Source of the DNA: Macrostomum lignano
Lineage: Eukaryota
Length of the DNA stretch: 64,000 bases
Assembly (NCBI GenBank): GCA_002269645.1
Contig: NIVC01000371.1
Location: 248,001 to 312,000 of the forward strand
Direction of reading: 5' to 3'
In this document: in pieces, positions 11,640 to 23,288 of the stretch
Layout: each line of letters opens with the position of its first letter
Numbering within the stretch: the first letter of the stretch is position 1
Made by a program: the position numbers and the translations under genes
The notes under the pieces: model-generated
Seen by the model: only the letters and a program-made list of their open reading frames with translations
Told to the model about the DNA's origin: nothing
The model's database searches: none

Positions 11640-12175
11640 TAGATTAAATTGCTTGCTCCTAGGCTCAATTGGCTTGAAAAATGCTATACTTCACTAACGA
11701 TACGACCAAGACCGATACACGTTTCTTATCGGCCCTCCGGCTCAGTTCTAAGAAAATCGGGTGTAGCACGTAGCTCAGTTGAGTTTTACATGTATTTGTA
11801 TTATGATAACATAATTAATTTATTGTCACCTTTAAATTAAATATAAGTCACCGAACTACGATAGCAACAATACAAAGCCATAGAAAATAGGTGCAAATTG
11901 GTTGAACTCAGAAAGGATGTAAGAAAGGTGCTAAATAAATAGTTATATTAATTCATTTTAACGAAACCTCGCAGTAATTGCTACTAAGGGTAGTGCATAT
12001 GCTGATATGAGTAAACATGTTCATCTGAGCAACAACCAACAGTCACACTGGTCCGCAAAACTAATGTTATAGCAGTGACAACTAGAGACAGCAATAATGC
12101 ACGAATTAAAAAATCATAAATAGCAATTGATCAGTCACTCTTGGCACAGATTGACACTAATTTGTATCACAAATT

Positions 12176-13540
12176 TTAGCCTTGCAGAAACATTTTGGTC
12201 AGCTGATCGCGAGTGTCCTCAGGCGAGGTCACCTGGTGCCCGGTTGTTAGGGGGTCTTCGTAGATCTCGTAGTCGTTGCCTCCCTGTTTTGGCAATTGTA
12301 TTTAGGGATCATTGGATTTGGGGATCATTGGATTTGGGGATCATTGGATTTGGGGATCATTGGATTTTGGGATCATTGGATTTGGGGATCATTGGATTTG
12401 GGGATCATTGGATTTGGGGATCATTGGATTTGGGGATCATTGGATTTGGGGATCATTGGATTTGGGGATCATTGGATTTGGGGATCATTGGATTTGGGGA
12501 TCATTGGATTTGGGGATCATTGGATTTGGGGATCATTAGAGCTGGGATCATTAGATCTGGGATCATTAGATCCGGAATCATTGGATATGGGAAGCACCCT
12601 GCACCCCAAAACTCACCGGCAAAGTCTTGTCCCCGAAGAAGTGAATCTCCTTGAAGCGGTCCTTGACGAACCGCAGGCAGTAGCGCTTGTCCCAGCCGGC
12701 CGGGAAGGCGTCAATGCTGATCTGGCCGCCGATGCTGAACACCAGGCCGTATTTGTCGAACTGGCGACGCAGGGCCTCAACAAAGGCGGCCCGGATTCCG
12801 CGCTCTTTGTCGTATTCTACGAACGCGTCGCGCTCTGATTGGCTGCAGTTCCGACCAATGGGAGACACGTTCAGCATGCCGTTGCGAAACTCAATAAAGG
12901 TGCCGCGCTTCACCGGGATGTCCAAGTCGGCGATGTAGCGGAGACAGAAGTTTATGAACTCTTGAAGCCGCTGCTCCCCGAGGAAGTTCAGAATGCTCTC
13001 CTTGCCTGGCATTCGATTTGGGGAAACGGCAGGTTGGGATCATTGGATCTGGGATCATTGGATCTGAGATTATTGGTTCTGGGATTATTGGATCTGGAAT
13101 TTGTGATAAGCAGATTTAAAAATATTAGACTTATAATCAAGTTTGGGATCAATTGAATTGGGATAATTGGAACTTCAATTAATAAATTTGGGATCATTAT
13201 TTGATTTGGAATCAACAGGATCATAGTAGTCATATCAGATAACTACATCAATGATCACTGAGCAATTTGACTAACCAATGAGCTCTCCTCCAAGCTTATA
13301 AGCCATCAGGCCGTTCTCTACAAACACATATTCGAACGAGAGACCCAGTTGGCTCTCTTTGAAGTCGCCGCCGAGCTGCTCCTGGACTTTGGACAGGTCG
13401 GAACCGCCGACCACAGCCAGGGGGACTTTGGCGGACAGGTCGATAAGAAACTGGGCCATGTCAGGGGTGATGCTCTGCCGTGGCTTGGTCAGGGTGCCGT
13501 CAACATCGAATAGGCAAAGGATGTCCTCTCGTCTGCTCAT
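12176..13540 (-). CDS. PMM2: Phosphomannomutase (eukaryotic HAD-family PMM), 253 aa; exons 13540-13276, 13005-12617, 12283-12176
   Basis: [10 protein letters not shown] catalytic motif, [60 protein letters not shown]|[12 protein letters not shown] introns with consistent phases; 762 nt total. Confidence 0.97.
12300..12590. repeat. 16-bp minisatellite (GGGGATCATTGGATTT) filling PMM intron 2
   Basis: About 15 visible tandem units plus degenerate flanking units. Related units also occur in PMM intron 1 (13035-13100). Confidence 0.95.
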
Positions 13541-13611
13541 TTTTATCGGTGACCTTTCACTGTAGCACTGCAATGATGAGGAGTGCTCGAATTATTATCG
13601 GGATTCAACTT

Positions 13612-14112
13612 GGGGATCTGTACGGTAGGGATCGGGATCTGTAGAGTAGGGATCGGGATCTGTAGAGTAGGGATCGGGATCTGTAGAGTAGGGATCGGGA
13701 TCTGTAGAGTTGGAATCGGGATCTGTAGAGTTGGAATCGGGATCTGTAGAGTCGGAATCGGGATCTGTAGAGTTGGAATCGGGATCTGTAGAGTTGGAAT
13801 CGGGATCTGTAGAGTTGGAATCGGGATCTGTAGAGTTGGAATCGGGATCTGTAGAGTTGGAATCGGGATCTGTAGAGTTGGAATCGGGATCTGTAGAGTT
13901 GGAATCGGGATCTGTAGAGTTGGAATCGGGATCTGTAGAGTCGGAATCGGGATCTGTAGAGTTGGAATCGGGATCTGTAGAGTTGGAATCGGGATCTGTA
14001 GAGTCGGAATCGGGATCTGTAGAGTTGGAATCGGGATCTGTAGAGTCGGAATCGGGATCTGTAGAGTTGGAATCGGGATCTGTAGAGTATGGATCGGGAT
14101 CCGTAGAGTCGG
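13612..14112. repeat. 21-bp minisatellite (TTGGAATCGGGATCTGTAGAG) just upstream of the PMM start codon
   Basis: About 23 tandem units directly visible. Confidence 0.95.
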
Positions 14113-16242
14113 GAGCTAAGAACTTGCACAGTTGAGTTGGAATTTATTGATGACTGCCGAGGCTTCCAATCTGATGCCAGCACACCTGGGCGCTAAACAA
14201 ATATAATTCACAGGTGGCGGGTGCTATTAAGACTCTGGAGATTCCGGTACTATATTTGCCCATGCATTTCGAAATGAATTTTCTATCGGAATAGGTTATA
14301 TTTGTACAGCTGAGCAAGATTAGTAGAGTAAAAAAGTAAGCAGGCATTACCTCGTACTTATAGGTAATCAAACTTGCCCAATAAAAGCAATAAATTTAAG
14401 TTAGGCTTTAGCGATACGAGCTTCGTAGATAGAGAATAAAAATGGCTAAGCGTATTGCTTAGGTTGTTTATATACAAGTTATTCATAAAACGAGAGTTAA
14501 CTAGGCACGATGGACTCAGATATAGCATTCTCCTGGCACCTGATGCACACTGTTTACTTATCAATGCAAGGTTAATTAGATTTGGTTTTCTCTAGTTAGT
14601 TAAGTCATTTAAAAAAATGGTGACTCATTTTGGTGTCCCAAACCAGCAATATGGCGCCCAATTTAGCTCAATATAGGAAATTTATTATCTAGATAGTTAG
14701 ATAGATTTAGATAATGTACGACATATTGTAATCCTATTATATACTAAAAACATATCTCTGATACTTTTCCTAAATTTATAATAGTATTAGTAAATTGCCA
14801 TGTCTATGATTTTACAAATATAAAGAAAAAAATATAAGTTAATATAAAGGCATAAGATTACTTTTTGAAAAATTTTTAAATGTAAGTATAATAATAAATA
14901 CTCACATACTATTAAATTAATGTATAGATATTAAAGATAATCGAAATTCTAGTATGTTACATATATATATATATATATATGTCCATAATTTAAGCTAAGC
15001 ATGTTAAGCTGCAAAAGTTAACGTTTGACAATAAGTGAATTATGAACAGCGTAAGTAGCTAGTAAAAAGAGAGCATCTCAATGCACTAATTAAATAACCT
15101 AGGAGTCTAGGACTAGGACTAGGTGCAGGACTAGGACTATGTAATGTCATCTTATTCCTAATGTGAATAGAGGAATTCTCTTTGTGTAATTTTAAAGTAT
15201 TCAATTCACAGAAGTCCTAACTTCAGACTTTTAATCTACATCATATTCGAAGCACTCTATACTTAGAATGGACATTTCGCATAAATATAACAAGCTTCCA
15301 GTTCCATCAGGGACCAAAAAACCAGGTTGATTGACAGATCCAAGTCTATAAATTTTCCAATATGAGCCTACGTGCAAGCTACGTCGCTTGGGCTAGGCAA
15401 AGTCTAGCCATGTGTCAATTCGACCACAAAATAATAATTCTTACTTTTTATTCAGTTGAGCTTGTGCGAAGTATGTGTCAATAAAAGTATTGTTAGATAT
15501 TTACAGAAAAAATATTTCAAAATGTTAAATGTTTTTATATAAACCTTCGAATTGTTAAAATATATATTAAGATTTTAAACTAGTTTCTAATTCATCGTTG
15601 TTGTTTTACTTACCAGCATGTTTAATAACAAATGCCGGATCTCTGGACAATTCTGTGGCTATCTTATTTTGTTAACTTTCAGTTTATTTCTCTTCTGTCA
15701 CTGTTGAATAATACAGGCATAAATAGAGCATTAATTTACATTTCGTATGAATGGCGGCTGTGGCGTTTTGGCAACAGCGCAGTCGACAAATTACTATTCA
15801 TATATAAATCGGTGCACATATTAATCGGTGCATTCATACAGTTTTGTGCTTCATTGATTAGAATTCTGCGATAGAGATGCAAATACGAGTATTTCTATCC
15901 AAATACACAAGCACCATATGGCATGTAATTGGCTATGTATGCATATAATAATAAACTACACATAATAGCTACATATATAGTTCTAGTATAGCCCGTTTGA
16001 ACCGACTAATTGAAAATTTTGTTAACAGAGCCTAGAAAGTGGAAGCAAAAAAAACAAGACAAAAGCAAAAGACAATTTAAAATTAAATATCGATAATCAG
16101 GTGGCCTCAAACTGACGCCAAAACTTTTAAAGTATATATTGAAATCAATACGATGCAAATAAGGAAAATAATTGGCAAGTACAAATCTTTTTTTAAATTA
16201 GTTATAACTACCATTTAAATCAATAATGGCACGCCGATTTCA

Positions 16243-16968
16243 TTAGTCGTCCTGAAAGTCCAAATCAAATTTCTCGGACTCCACAGCTGTTTCGGCTTGC
16301 CTTCGCGACCGGGCCCTGATGCCTAGGCGTTTCAGTTTCGCTGAAGCGGAGGCGACGGCCGAGTGACGCAGCGCCGCCTCGACTTGCCGCAGCTCCTGGG
16401 CGGTGAGGCCGCGCGGCACCCGGTCAGTCCACGAGCGGCACCGTTTGATAAAGAATCGCCGCTTGCATTTGCGTCGTCGAACTGGGGTTGTCTTGGCAAC
16501 CAGCTGGCCGGTGGCGACGCTGTGCACGACGCCGAATTCTACGGTGTCCGAGTCGGTGAGACGCCGGCCAGCGCCGATGTAGGTTTCGTAGTGGCCTCTG
16601 CGAACCAGCGAGTCCACCTCGAACCTGAAGGTTTGAAACAGCACCGAGCGGGCGAAGGTCAGAGCCTGCAGACGCGAGGCCACCTCAGCTGGGAGGCCGC
16701 GCGCCAGTACAGCAGCTCGAAGCTTCGATCGCGACACGGAGCCTTTCACTGCCCGGGTTCGAACCCGGGGCGTGCCTTGGATTAGGCAGGTGGGACAGAT
16801 CGTGTTGCGAGGCTGCTTGGATGCCACCCGGCCGATCTGGCGGAGCACCGCGGACACGACGCCGGCTTCGGAGCGCCGGCTGAGAGCGCGCAGTGCAAAG
16901 CCGGACATAGCCGGGGACACTGCCCAGCAACTGAGGCTGAGACATGCAATTAGCACAGACAAACGCAT
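16243..16968 (-). CDS. Hypothetical secreted, Arg-rich protein (241 aa, single exon)
   Basis: ATG-started ORF forming a GC-rich island between AT-rich flanks. Hydrophobic N-terminus MRLSVLIACLSLSCWAVSPA looks like a signal peptide; CPTC motif; non-repetitive sequence. No family recognised. Confidence 0.7.
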   Translation of the reverse strand: MRLSVLIACLSLSCWAVSPAMSGFALRALSRRSEAGVVSAVLRQIGRVASKQPRNTICPTCLIQGTPRVRTRAVKGSVSRSKLRAAVLARGLPAEVASRLQALTFARSVLFQTFRFEVDSLVRRGHYETYIGAGRRLTDSDTVEFGVVHSVATGQLVAKTTPVRRRKCKRRFFIKRCRSWTDRVPRGLTAQELRQVEAALRHSAVASASAKLKRLGIRARSRRQAETAVESEKFDLDFQDD

Positions 16969-17342
16969 TCTAGCAGTTTTATCGCTATTCCGTTCTGTTT
17001 TAACTAGGCTGCTAATTAAAACTAGACTGATTTAATTGTCTTCAACAGCTGTGAATCGCTCAGCTTTACTTATATGCTCGAGCTTCGCAAGGATTCGTTT
17101 CCGCTTTCCGACTTGTCGGTCGCGATTTCCCAATCTTCACCCCCATAGATGGCAGTGTCGGGCAGTGGGTTAAGTTGAACCAGGGCGAGTCAGTTAGAAT
17201 ATGCTTTTTCACATAGTCTGAGTCTGATTCTTATCGAGGTTTCTTAGTAGCTGATAAGCCACCTACGCAATAAAGAGCTTTTTGCCTGGCCCGTAGGCTT
17301 ATCGAAAGAAAAATATGACGAATTGCGATTTCGGGCTATTTC

Positions 17343-17644
17343 TTCTCCTCTCCTCTCCTCTCCTCTCCTCTCCCTCTCCTCTCCTCTCCTCTCCTCTCCT
17401 CTCCTCTCCTCTCCTCTCCTCTCCTCTCCTCTCCTCTCCTCTCCTCTCCTCTCCTCTCCTCTCCTCTCCTCTCCTCTCCTCTCCTCTCCTCTCCTCTCCT
17501 CTCCTCTCCTCTCATCTCCTCTCCTCTCCTCTCCTCTCATCTCCTCTCCTCTCCTCTCCTCTCCTCTCCTCTCCTCTCCTCTCCTCTCCTCTCCTCTCCT
17601 CTCCTCTCCTCTCCTCTCCTCTCCTCTCCTCTCCTCTCCTCTCC
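17343..17644. repeat. (CTCCT)n pentanucleotide microsatellite
   Basis: About 60 nearly perfect units. Confidence 0.98.
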
Positions 17645-18835
17645 TTTCGTCTTTCAAAGTAAATAAACCCAAGCACGTAGCACACAGAGCACGATGTAAT
17701 CTAAATCAGATTTCGTTCGCGTTTTTCACACTTGAGCATAACTACAGTCACTGATGGTATTGCATTCTCATGCGGCACTGAGATTTATTTGAATCTTAAT
17801 GAAACAGAAAAATTAACGAAACTTTCTCTTCAATCGAGCTGTAATTTCTGTAGACGAGTCTGTCTGCTTGTGTGTCTCTCTCTGGCATTGTCAGAATTCA
17901 TTTAAAATTCAACACGCCCGTGGTACACATGTTATATATGGCTCGTATAGCATCAAATCCCCAGCTGATGAGATGTCTCTCTTCTATCAGCAGAAGACCG
18001 CAGCAAAAGCAGCCACCGCCATCTCTCGTCTCCCTCGAGGCCAGAGGACCTTCTCGGGGAAAAATAGCCAATGGTATGCATGTAGGCTGGGCAGCTGAAG
18101 AAGACTCGGCAACACTATTTAATTATTGAGTCGGCGGCAGTTCTTCCGCCTGAAACTGGCAGCTAGCTGAGGGAAAGACGACTATATAGAGATCTGCAGC
18201 TCTAAGGATGCGACGCTTGGGAGCTTCTCTATCTCCCTTGGGAAGGGAAGGCTGAGATATGCATGCAGTCACGACAGGGGGTGCCGTTGCTGGGGCTTGG
18301 AGTGATGATCTGAGGCGAAGAAGAGCAGAGAGCCTGATTTATTACCCATCCCGGTGCCTCATCATTAGAGACTGCTAGAGAGAGAGAAGCTGCGGAACTT
18401 CACAGCCTAACTCGCTTAATCCTGACTTTTTGTCGGATTTAGTCAGACTCAGATCAGTTCAGTGTGTGCGTGTGTATTTGTATTAGATTGCTGCATTATT
18501 GCAGAACTATTCGATACAAGCCTTAGAAACCCAAGAACGATTAGAAAGTCAGGGCTGCTGTGCACCCTGTATGAGCGTGTGTGAGTGCGCGCCTGCGTAC
18601 AGCATTGGAATGGGCAGAATTGCTGTCAACGCAGCCCACCTGCAAAAAATATTACTTTAGACTGGCGGATTGATTGTCCCTTTCCACTCTTGCTGATGGC
18701 TCCTAAAGCAAAGTGCCATTCACCGCCTCACGTGCGCTCAGTTTCAGCTACGATTATTTCTTGTGAGAAATATCTAATTTCCTGATTATTCAATAGTGCT
18801 CTGACTTTGGCTTCTAAATACCCGAGTCTCGCTGC

Positions 18836-20339
18836 CAGGGACGTCGCCATGGATTTTATGGTGGATGGGGACAAAGCCAAGTATTCTACGTGTACATGTA
18901 CATTATTTTCAGAATCGGTGTTGTCAGCGCTCATTTTTGCTCGGCAGGCACTTATTTCAGCACCGCAGGCACTCATTTCAGCACCGCAGGCACTCATTTC
19001 AGCACCGCAGGCACTCATTTTAGCGCCGCAGGCACTCATTTTAGCGCCGCAGGCACTCATTTTAGCTCCGCAGGCACTCATTTTAGCACCGCAGGCACTC
19101 ATTTTAGCTCCGCAGGCACTCATTTTAGCTCCACAGGCACTCATTTTAGCTCCGCAGGCACCCATTTTAGCTCCGCAGGCACTCATTTTAGCTCCGCAGG
19201 CACTCATTTTAGCTCCACAGGCACTCATTTTAGCTCCACAGGCACTCATTTTAGCTCCGCAGGCACCCATTTTAGCTCCGCAGGCACTCATTTTAGCTCC
19301 GCAGGCATTCATTTTAGCTCCGCAGGCATTCATTTTAGCTCCACAGGCACTCATTTTAGCTCCACAGGCACTCATTTTAGCTCCACAGGCACTCATTTTA
19401 GCTCCGCAGGCACTCATTTTAGCTCCGCAGGCACTCATTTTAGCTCCACAGGCACTCATTTTAGCTCCGCAGGCACCCATTTTAGCTCCGCAGGCACTCA
19501 TTTTAGCTCCACAGGCACTCATTTTAGCTCCGCAGGCACCCATTTTAGCTCCGCAGGCACTCATTTTAGCTCCGCAGGCACCCATTTTAGCTCCGCAGGC
19601 ACTCATTTTAGCTCCGCAGGCACCCATTTTAGCTCCGCAGGCACTCATTTTAGCTCCACAGGCACTCATTTTAGCTCCGCAGGCACCCATTTTAGCACCA
19701 CAGGCACTCATTTTAGCTCCGCAGGCATTCATTTTAGCTCCGCAGGCATTCATTTTAGCTCCACAGGCACCCATTTTAGCTCCACAGGCACTCATTTTAG
19801 CTCCGCAGGCACTCATTTTAGCTCCGCAGGCATTCATTTTAGCTCCGCAGGCACCCATTTTAGCTCCGCAGGCACCCATTTTAGCTCCGCAGGCACCCAT
19901 TTTAGCTCCGCAGGCACTCATTTTAGCTCTGCAGGCACTCATTTTAGCGCCGCAGGCACTCATTTTAGCTCCGCAGGCACTCATTTTAGCTCTGCAGGCA
20001 CTCATTTTAGCTCCGCAGGCACTCATTTTAGCTCCACAGGCACTCATTTTAGCTCCGCAGGCACTCATTTTAGCTCCGCAGGCACTCATTTTAGCTCCAC
20101 AGGCACTCATTTTAGCTCCGCAGGCACTCATTTTAGCTCCACAGGCACTCATTTTAGCTCCGCAGGCACTCATTTTAGCTCTGCAGGCACTATATTTTGT
20201 CATCTTGAAGCAAAATGATTGATTTTCATAACGGGTCTTGAGGTTTGGTGGGGGGGGGACAAAGCATTGGCATGTCCCCCCTCACAACTTTTACTGGGGG
20301 GGACATGTCCCCCCTGTCCCTCCGGTGGCGACGCCCCTG
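18836..20339. mobile_element. Non-autonomous hAT-type element whose interior is mostly a 21-bp minisatellite
   Basis: TIRs CAGGGACGTCGCCA (18836) and TGGCGACGCCCCTG (to 20339). Flanking 8-mers CTCGCTGC and CTCACTGC match at 7/8. Subterminal GGGGACA(AAGC/TGTCCCC) motifs at both ends. Confidence 0.8.
18945..20188. repeat. 21-bp minisatellite (GCAGGCACTCATTTTAGCTCC), ~59 units
   Basis: Directly visible tandem array. It accounts for the long repetitive ORFs on both strands. Confidence 0.98.
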
Positions 20340-21419
20340 CTCACTGCTACCTCTATTAGTTTATTAGTAAATCAATCAGCTACTCTGCTAGCCAAGATGA
20401 CAGACTACTCGTAACAACTCAAGCATTCTGCAGTAACGAATTGTTCAATTTTTTTAAAGCCCGCGATAATTTTGCTCGCGTCATGTGGCTTCCTGACTGA
20501 CTGCATGATTATTCGAGGCTCTTATTAAAAAATTGACTTCTCTAATTGAAAGCAATCGATCAATCAATCTCTAAAATTAGTGGAAGCGTTTCCAGTACAG
20601 TGCATTAAGTTATAATAAGAGCACTAACAAATAGAGAGGCTAGAAGAAAGGGAGAAAATGAGAGAGAAAGAGAGGGATGGAGCAGGGAGGGAGGGAGAGA
20701 GATGGAGGGGGAGAGGAAGATGCTGATTCAGAAAGATGCAGCACAATTTCCAACTATCTCTTCAGCAAAAAAGGGGAAAACATGGAAGAACTGTCATAAG
20801 CATTACATTTTCAGTTTAACCCTCACAGCCTAAAAATAGTTGGTACATGTACATAAGTGGGCGGTTGACGCAGAGGGGAGTTGCGTGTACGCTGAAGTGC
20901 AATCTTATTGCAGTTTAAGTTGAATAATTTACAACTGCAACCGTACGCACGAAGCTCTCGGTGTGAGGGATGTGTCAGCAGCTTTCTAAAACGAGAGAAA
21001 GCCTGAAAGAATTCCGAAGGCAGCCTGTAAAATTCAGCTTCTGCCGCGAGTGTCAAAGTCTATTGGGACAGGATGGCAAAGCGTACAGAATCGGCAAGTG
21101 CATGGAAAAATATTGCAGTAGAGTAAGCAAGATTGGTTTTGAGTAATCGGCTTGAAAGTAGAGCATAGCTACAGGCCCTCATTAACGCTAATAGGTTTTT
21201 CGGCCTCTTAAACCACACCCTGCGCTCTCTGCCTTCTGCTAGCCTGCGATTCCTTGATTGAGGAACTGATGGAGCAGCTTTCTGTGATCAGGACGGGCTG
21301 ACTGCCATCAACTGGATTCACTGAACTCATCTCTGTGTCCCCCTCTCTTCATCGCCTACAGCCATGCTTAGCGAATGGCTGCCACTCTCATCTCTCCTTG
21401 CAACTGAACTAAGCACTCG

Positions 21420-22381
21420 CTCTCTCCCTCTCCCTCTCTCCCTCTCTCCTTCTCTGCTTCTCTCCCTCTCTCCCGCTCCCTCTCTCCCTCTCTCTCTCCC
21501 TCTCTCCCTCTCTCCCTCTCTGCCTCTCTCCCTCTCTGCCTCTCTCTCCCTCTCTCCCTCTCTCCCTCTTACCCTCTCTCCCTCTCTCCTTCTCTCCCTC
21601 TCTCCCTCTCTCCCTCTGCCTCTCTGCCTCTCTCCCTCTCTCCCTCTCTGCCTCTCTCCCTCTCTCCTTCTCTCCCTCTCTCCCTCTCTCCCTCTCTGCC
21701 TCTCTGCCTCTCTCCCTCTCTGCCTCTCTCCCTCTCTCCCTCTCTCCCTCTCTCCCTCTCTGCCTCTCTCTCTCCCTCTTACCTTCTCTCCCTCTCTCCC
21801 TCTCTCCCTCTCTGCCTCTCTCTCTCCCTCTTACCTTCTCTCCCTCTCTCCCTCTCTCCCTCTTACCCTCTCTCCCTCTTACCCTCTCTCCCTCTTACCC
21901 TCTCTCCCTCTCTCCCTCTCTGCCTCTCTGCCTCTCTCCCTCTTACCCTCTCTCCCTCTCTCCCTCTCTGCCTCTCTCCCTCTCTCCCTCTCTGCCTCTC
22001 TCCCTCTCTGCCTCTCTCCCTCTTACCCTCTCTCCCTCTCTGCCTCTCTCCCTCTTACCCTCTCTCCCTCTCTGCCTATCTGCCTCTCTCCCTCTCTCCC
22101 TCTCTCCCTCTCTCCCTCTCTCCTTCTCTCCCTCTCTGCCTCTCTCCCTCTCTGCCTCTCTCCCTCTCTGCCTCTCTCCCTCTCTGCCTCTCTGCCTCTC
22201 TCCCTCTCTGCCTCTCTCCCTCTCTGCCTCTCTCTCCCTCTCTCCCTCTCTCCCTCTTACCCTCTCTCCCTCTCTCCTTCTCTCCCTCTCTCCCTCTCTC
22301 CCTCTCTGCCTCTCTCCCTCTCTGCCTCTCTCCCTCTCTGCCTCTCTCCCTCTCTGCCTCTCTCCCTCTCTGCCTCTCTCC
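21420..22381. repeat. Polypyrimidine low-complexity array (CTCTCTCC/CTCTCTGC-type units)
   Basis: About 960 bp almost entirely C/T on the + strand. Confidence 0.95.
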
Positions 22382-22938
22382 CAGCTTTCCAACTCATCCT
22401 AAAGTCTTTGAATTAAATTTTCTGGTCCTCTGGTTTAGAGTAAAAAATGCTATTCTTCCTTAATAGTGAAAATTTGGTCTTCCAATCCAGTTCCGTTTCC
22501 ATTAGAGAGTCCCCAACAAGCGCACTTTAAGATGCTTTCGCCTTTGCATCCTTTGTATGCCCTGTCCGAACATCCCTTAGGCGCAGGCTGGGATAAATGA
22601 AAAAGGAGCGGTTTGAAGGGAAGAAAAGCAACGCTTCGATATGGCTGGGCACGCTTCGGACGTGTGACTAATCCTTTATCCGCTTTAGTCTGCCCGCGAT
22701 ATCGTTAGGCCACCCCCCGGCAGGCTTGTGCATTAGTTACAGCCTAGACGGCCTGCCCCCACACCCTGGCCAATAACCCTATAACCCTTGTGTCAACGGT
22801 CTTCTCCCCTCTCCCCCTGACTTCCCATCCCCTGATCCCAGTACTCGAGCCGACTAAAGAGATCGCGCTTGACTTAAAATCCGAAATAAGGCAACGATTC
22901 TAAGAAAAATTGCCCAATTTTAGTAAACTCTTAGTTAA

Positions 22939-23288
22939 TGCTGGCGCCCCTTGGTGCTGGCGCCCCTTGGTGCTGGCACCCCTTGGTGCTGGCACCCCTT
23001 GGTGCTGGCGCCCCTTGGTGCTGGCGCCCCTTGGTGCTGGCGCCCCTTGGTGCTGGCGCCCCTTGGTGCTGGCGCCCCTTGGTGCTGGCGCCCTTTGGTA
23101 CTGGCGCCCCTTGGTGCTGGCGCCCCTTGGTGCTGGCGCCCCTTGGTGCTGGCACCCCTTGGTGCTGGCGCCCCTTGGTGCTGGCGCCCCTTGGTGCTGG
23201 CGCCCCTTGGTGCTGGCGCCCCTTGGTGCTGGCGCTCCTTGGTGCTGGCGCCCCTTGCTGCTGGCGCCCCTTGCTGCTGGCGCCCCTT
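22939..23288. repeat. 16-bp GC-rich minisatellite (CTGGCGCCCCTTGGTG), ~22 units
   Basis: Directly visible tandem array. Confidence 0.97.

Larger units (their letters stand above)
10275..11686 (-). mobile_element. Decayed Tc1/IS630-superfamily DNA transposon with ~135-bp TIRs and a TA TSD
   Basis: TA|TAGCATTTTCCAAGCCAATTGAGCCTAGG (10273-) is inverted at CCTAGGCTCAATTGGCTTGAAAAATGCTA|TA (-11688). The inner TIR part at 10319-10409 is inverted at 11255-11340. The right TIR is split by a MITE. Confidence 0.85.

Noticed and set aside
12296-13565. Plus-strand ORFs overlapping PMM, and similar antisense ORFs over MAT, POLD4, NAGPA-like and ANKRD60-like exons
   Set aside because: They are shadow ORFs of GC-rich coding exons on the opposite strand or in alternative frames.
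18295-18330. GTGATGA and CTGA motifs suggesting a C/D-box snoRNA
   Set aside because: The boxes are nearly adjacent, with no terminal stem or guide-length spacing.
18728-20222. Very long ORFs (491, 471 and 442 aa) on both strands, and similar ORFs at 654-1232, 12127-12838, 13583-14183, 17244-17754, 21364-22416, 22910-23316, 27424-27820, 44407-45132, 58134-58942, 61003-62084 and 62873-63518
   Set aside because: They are translations of stop-free tandem repeats, open in several frames at once, lying in introns or TE interiors.
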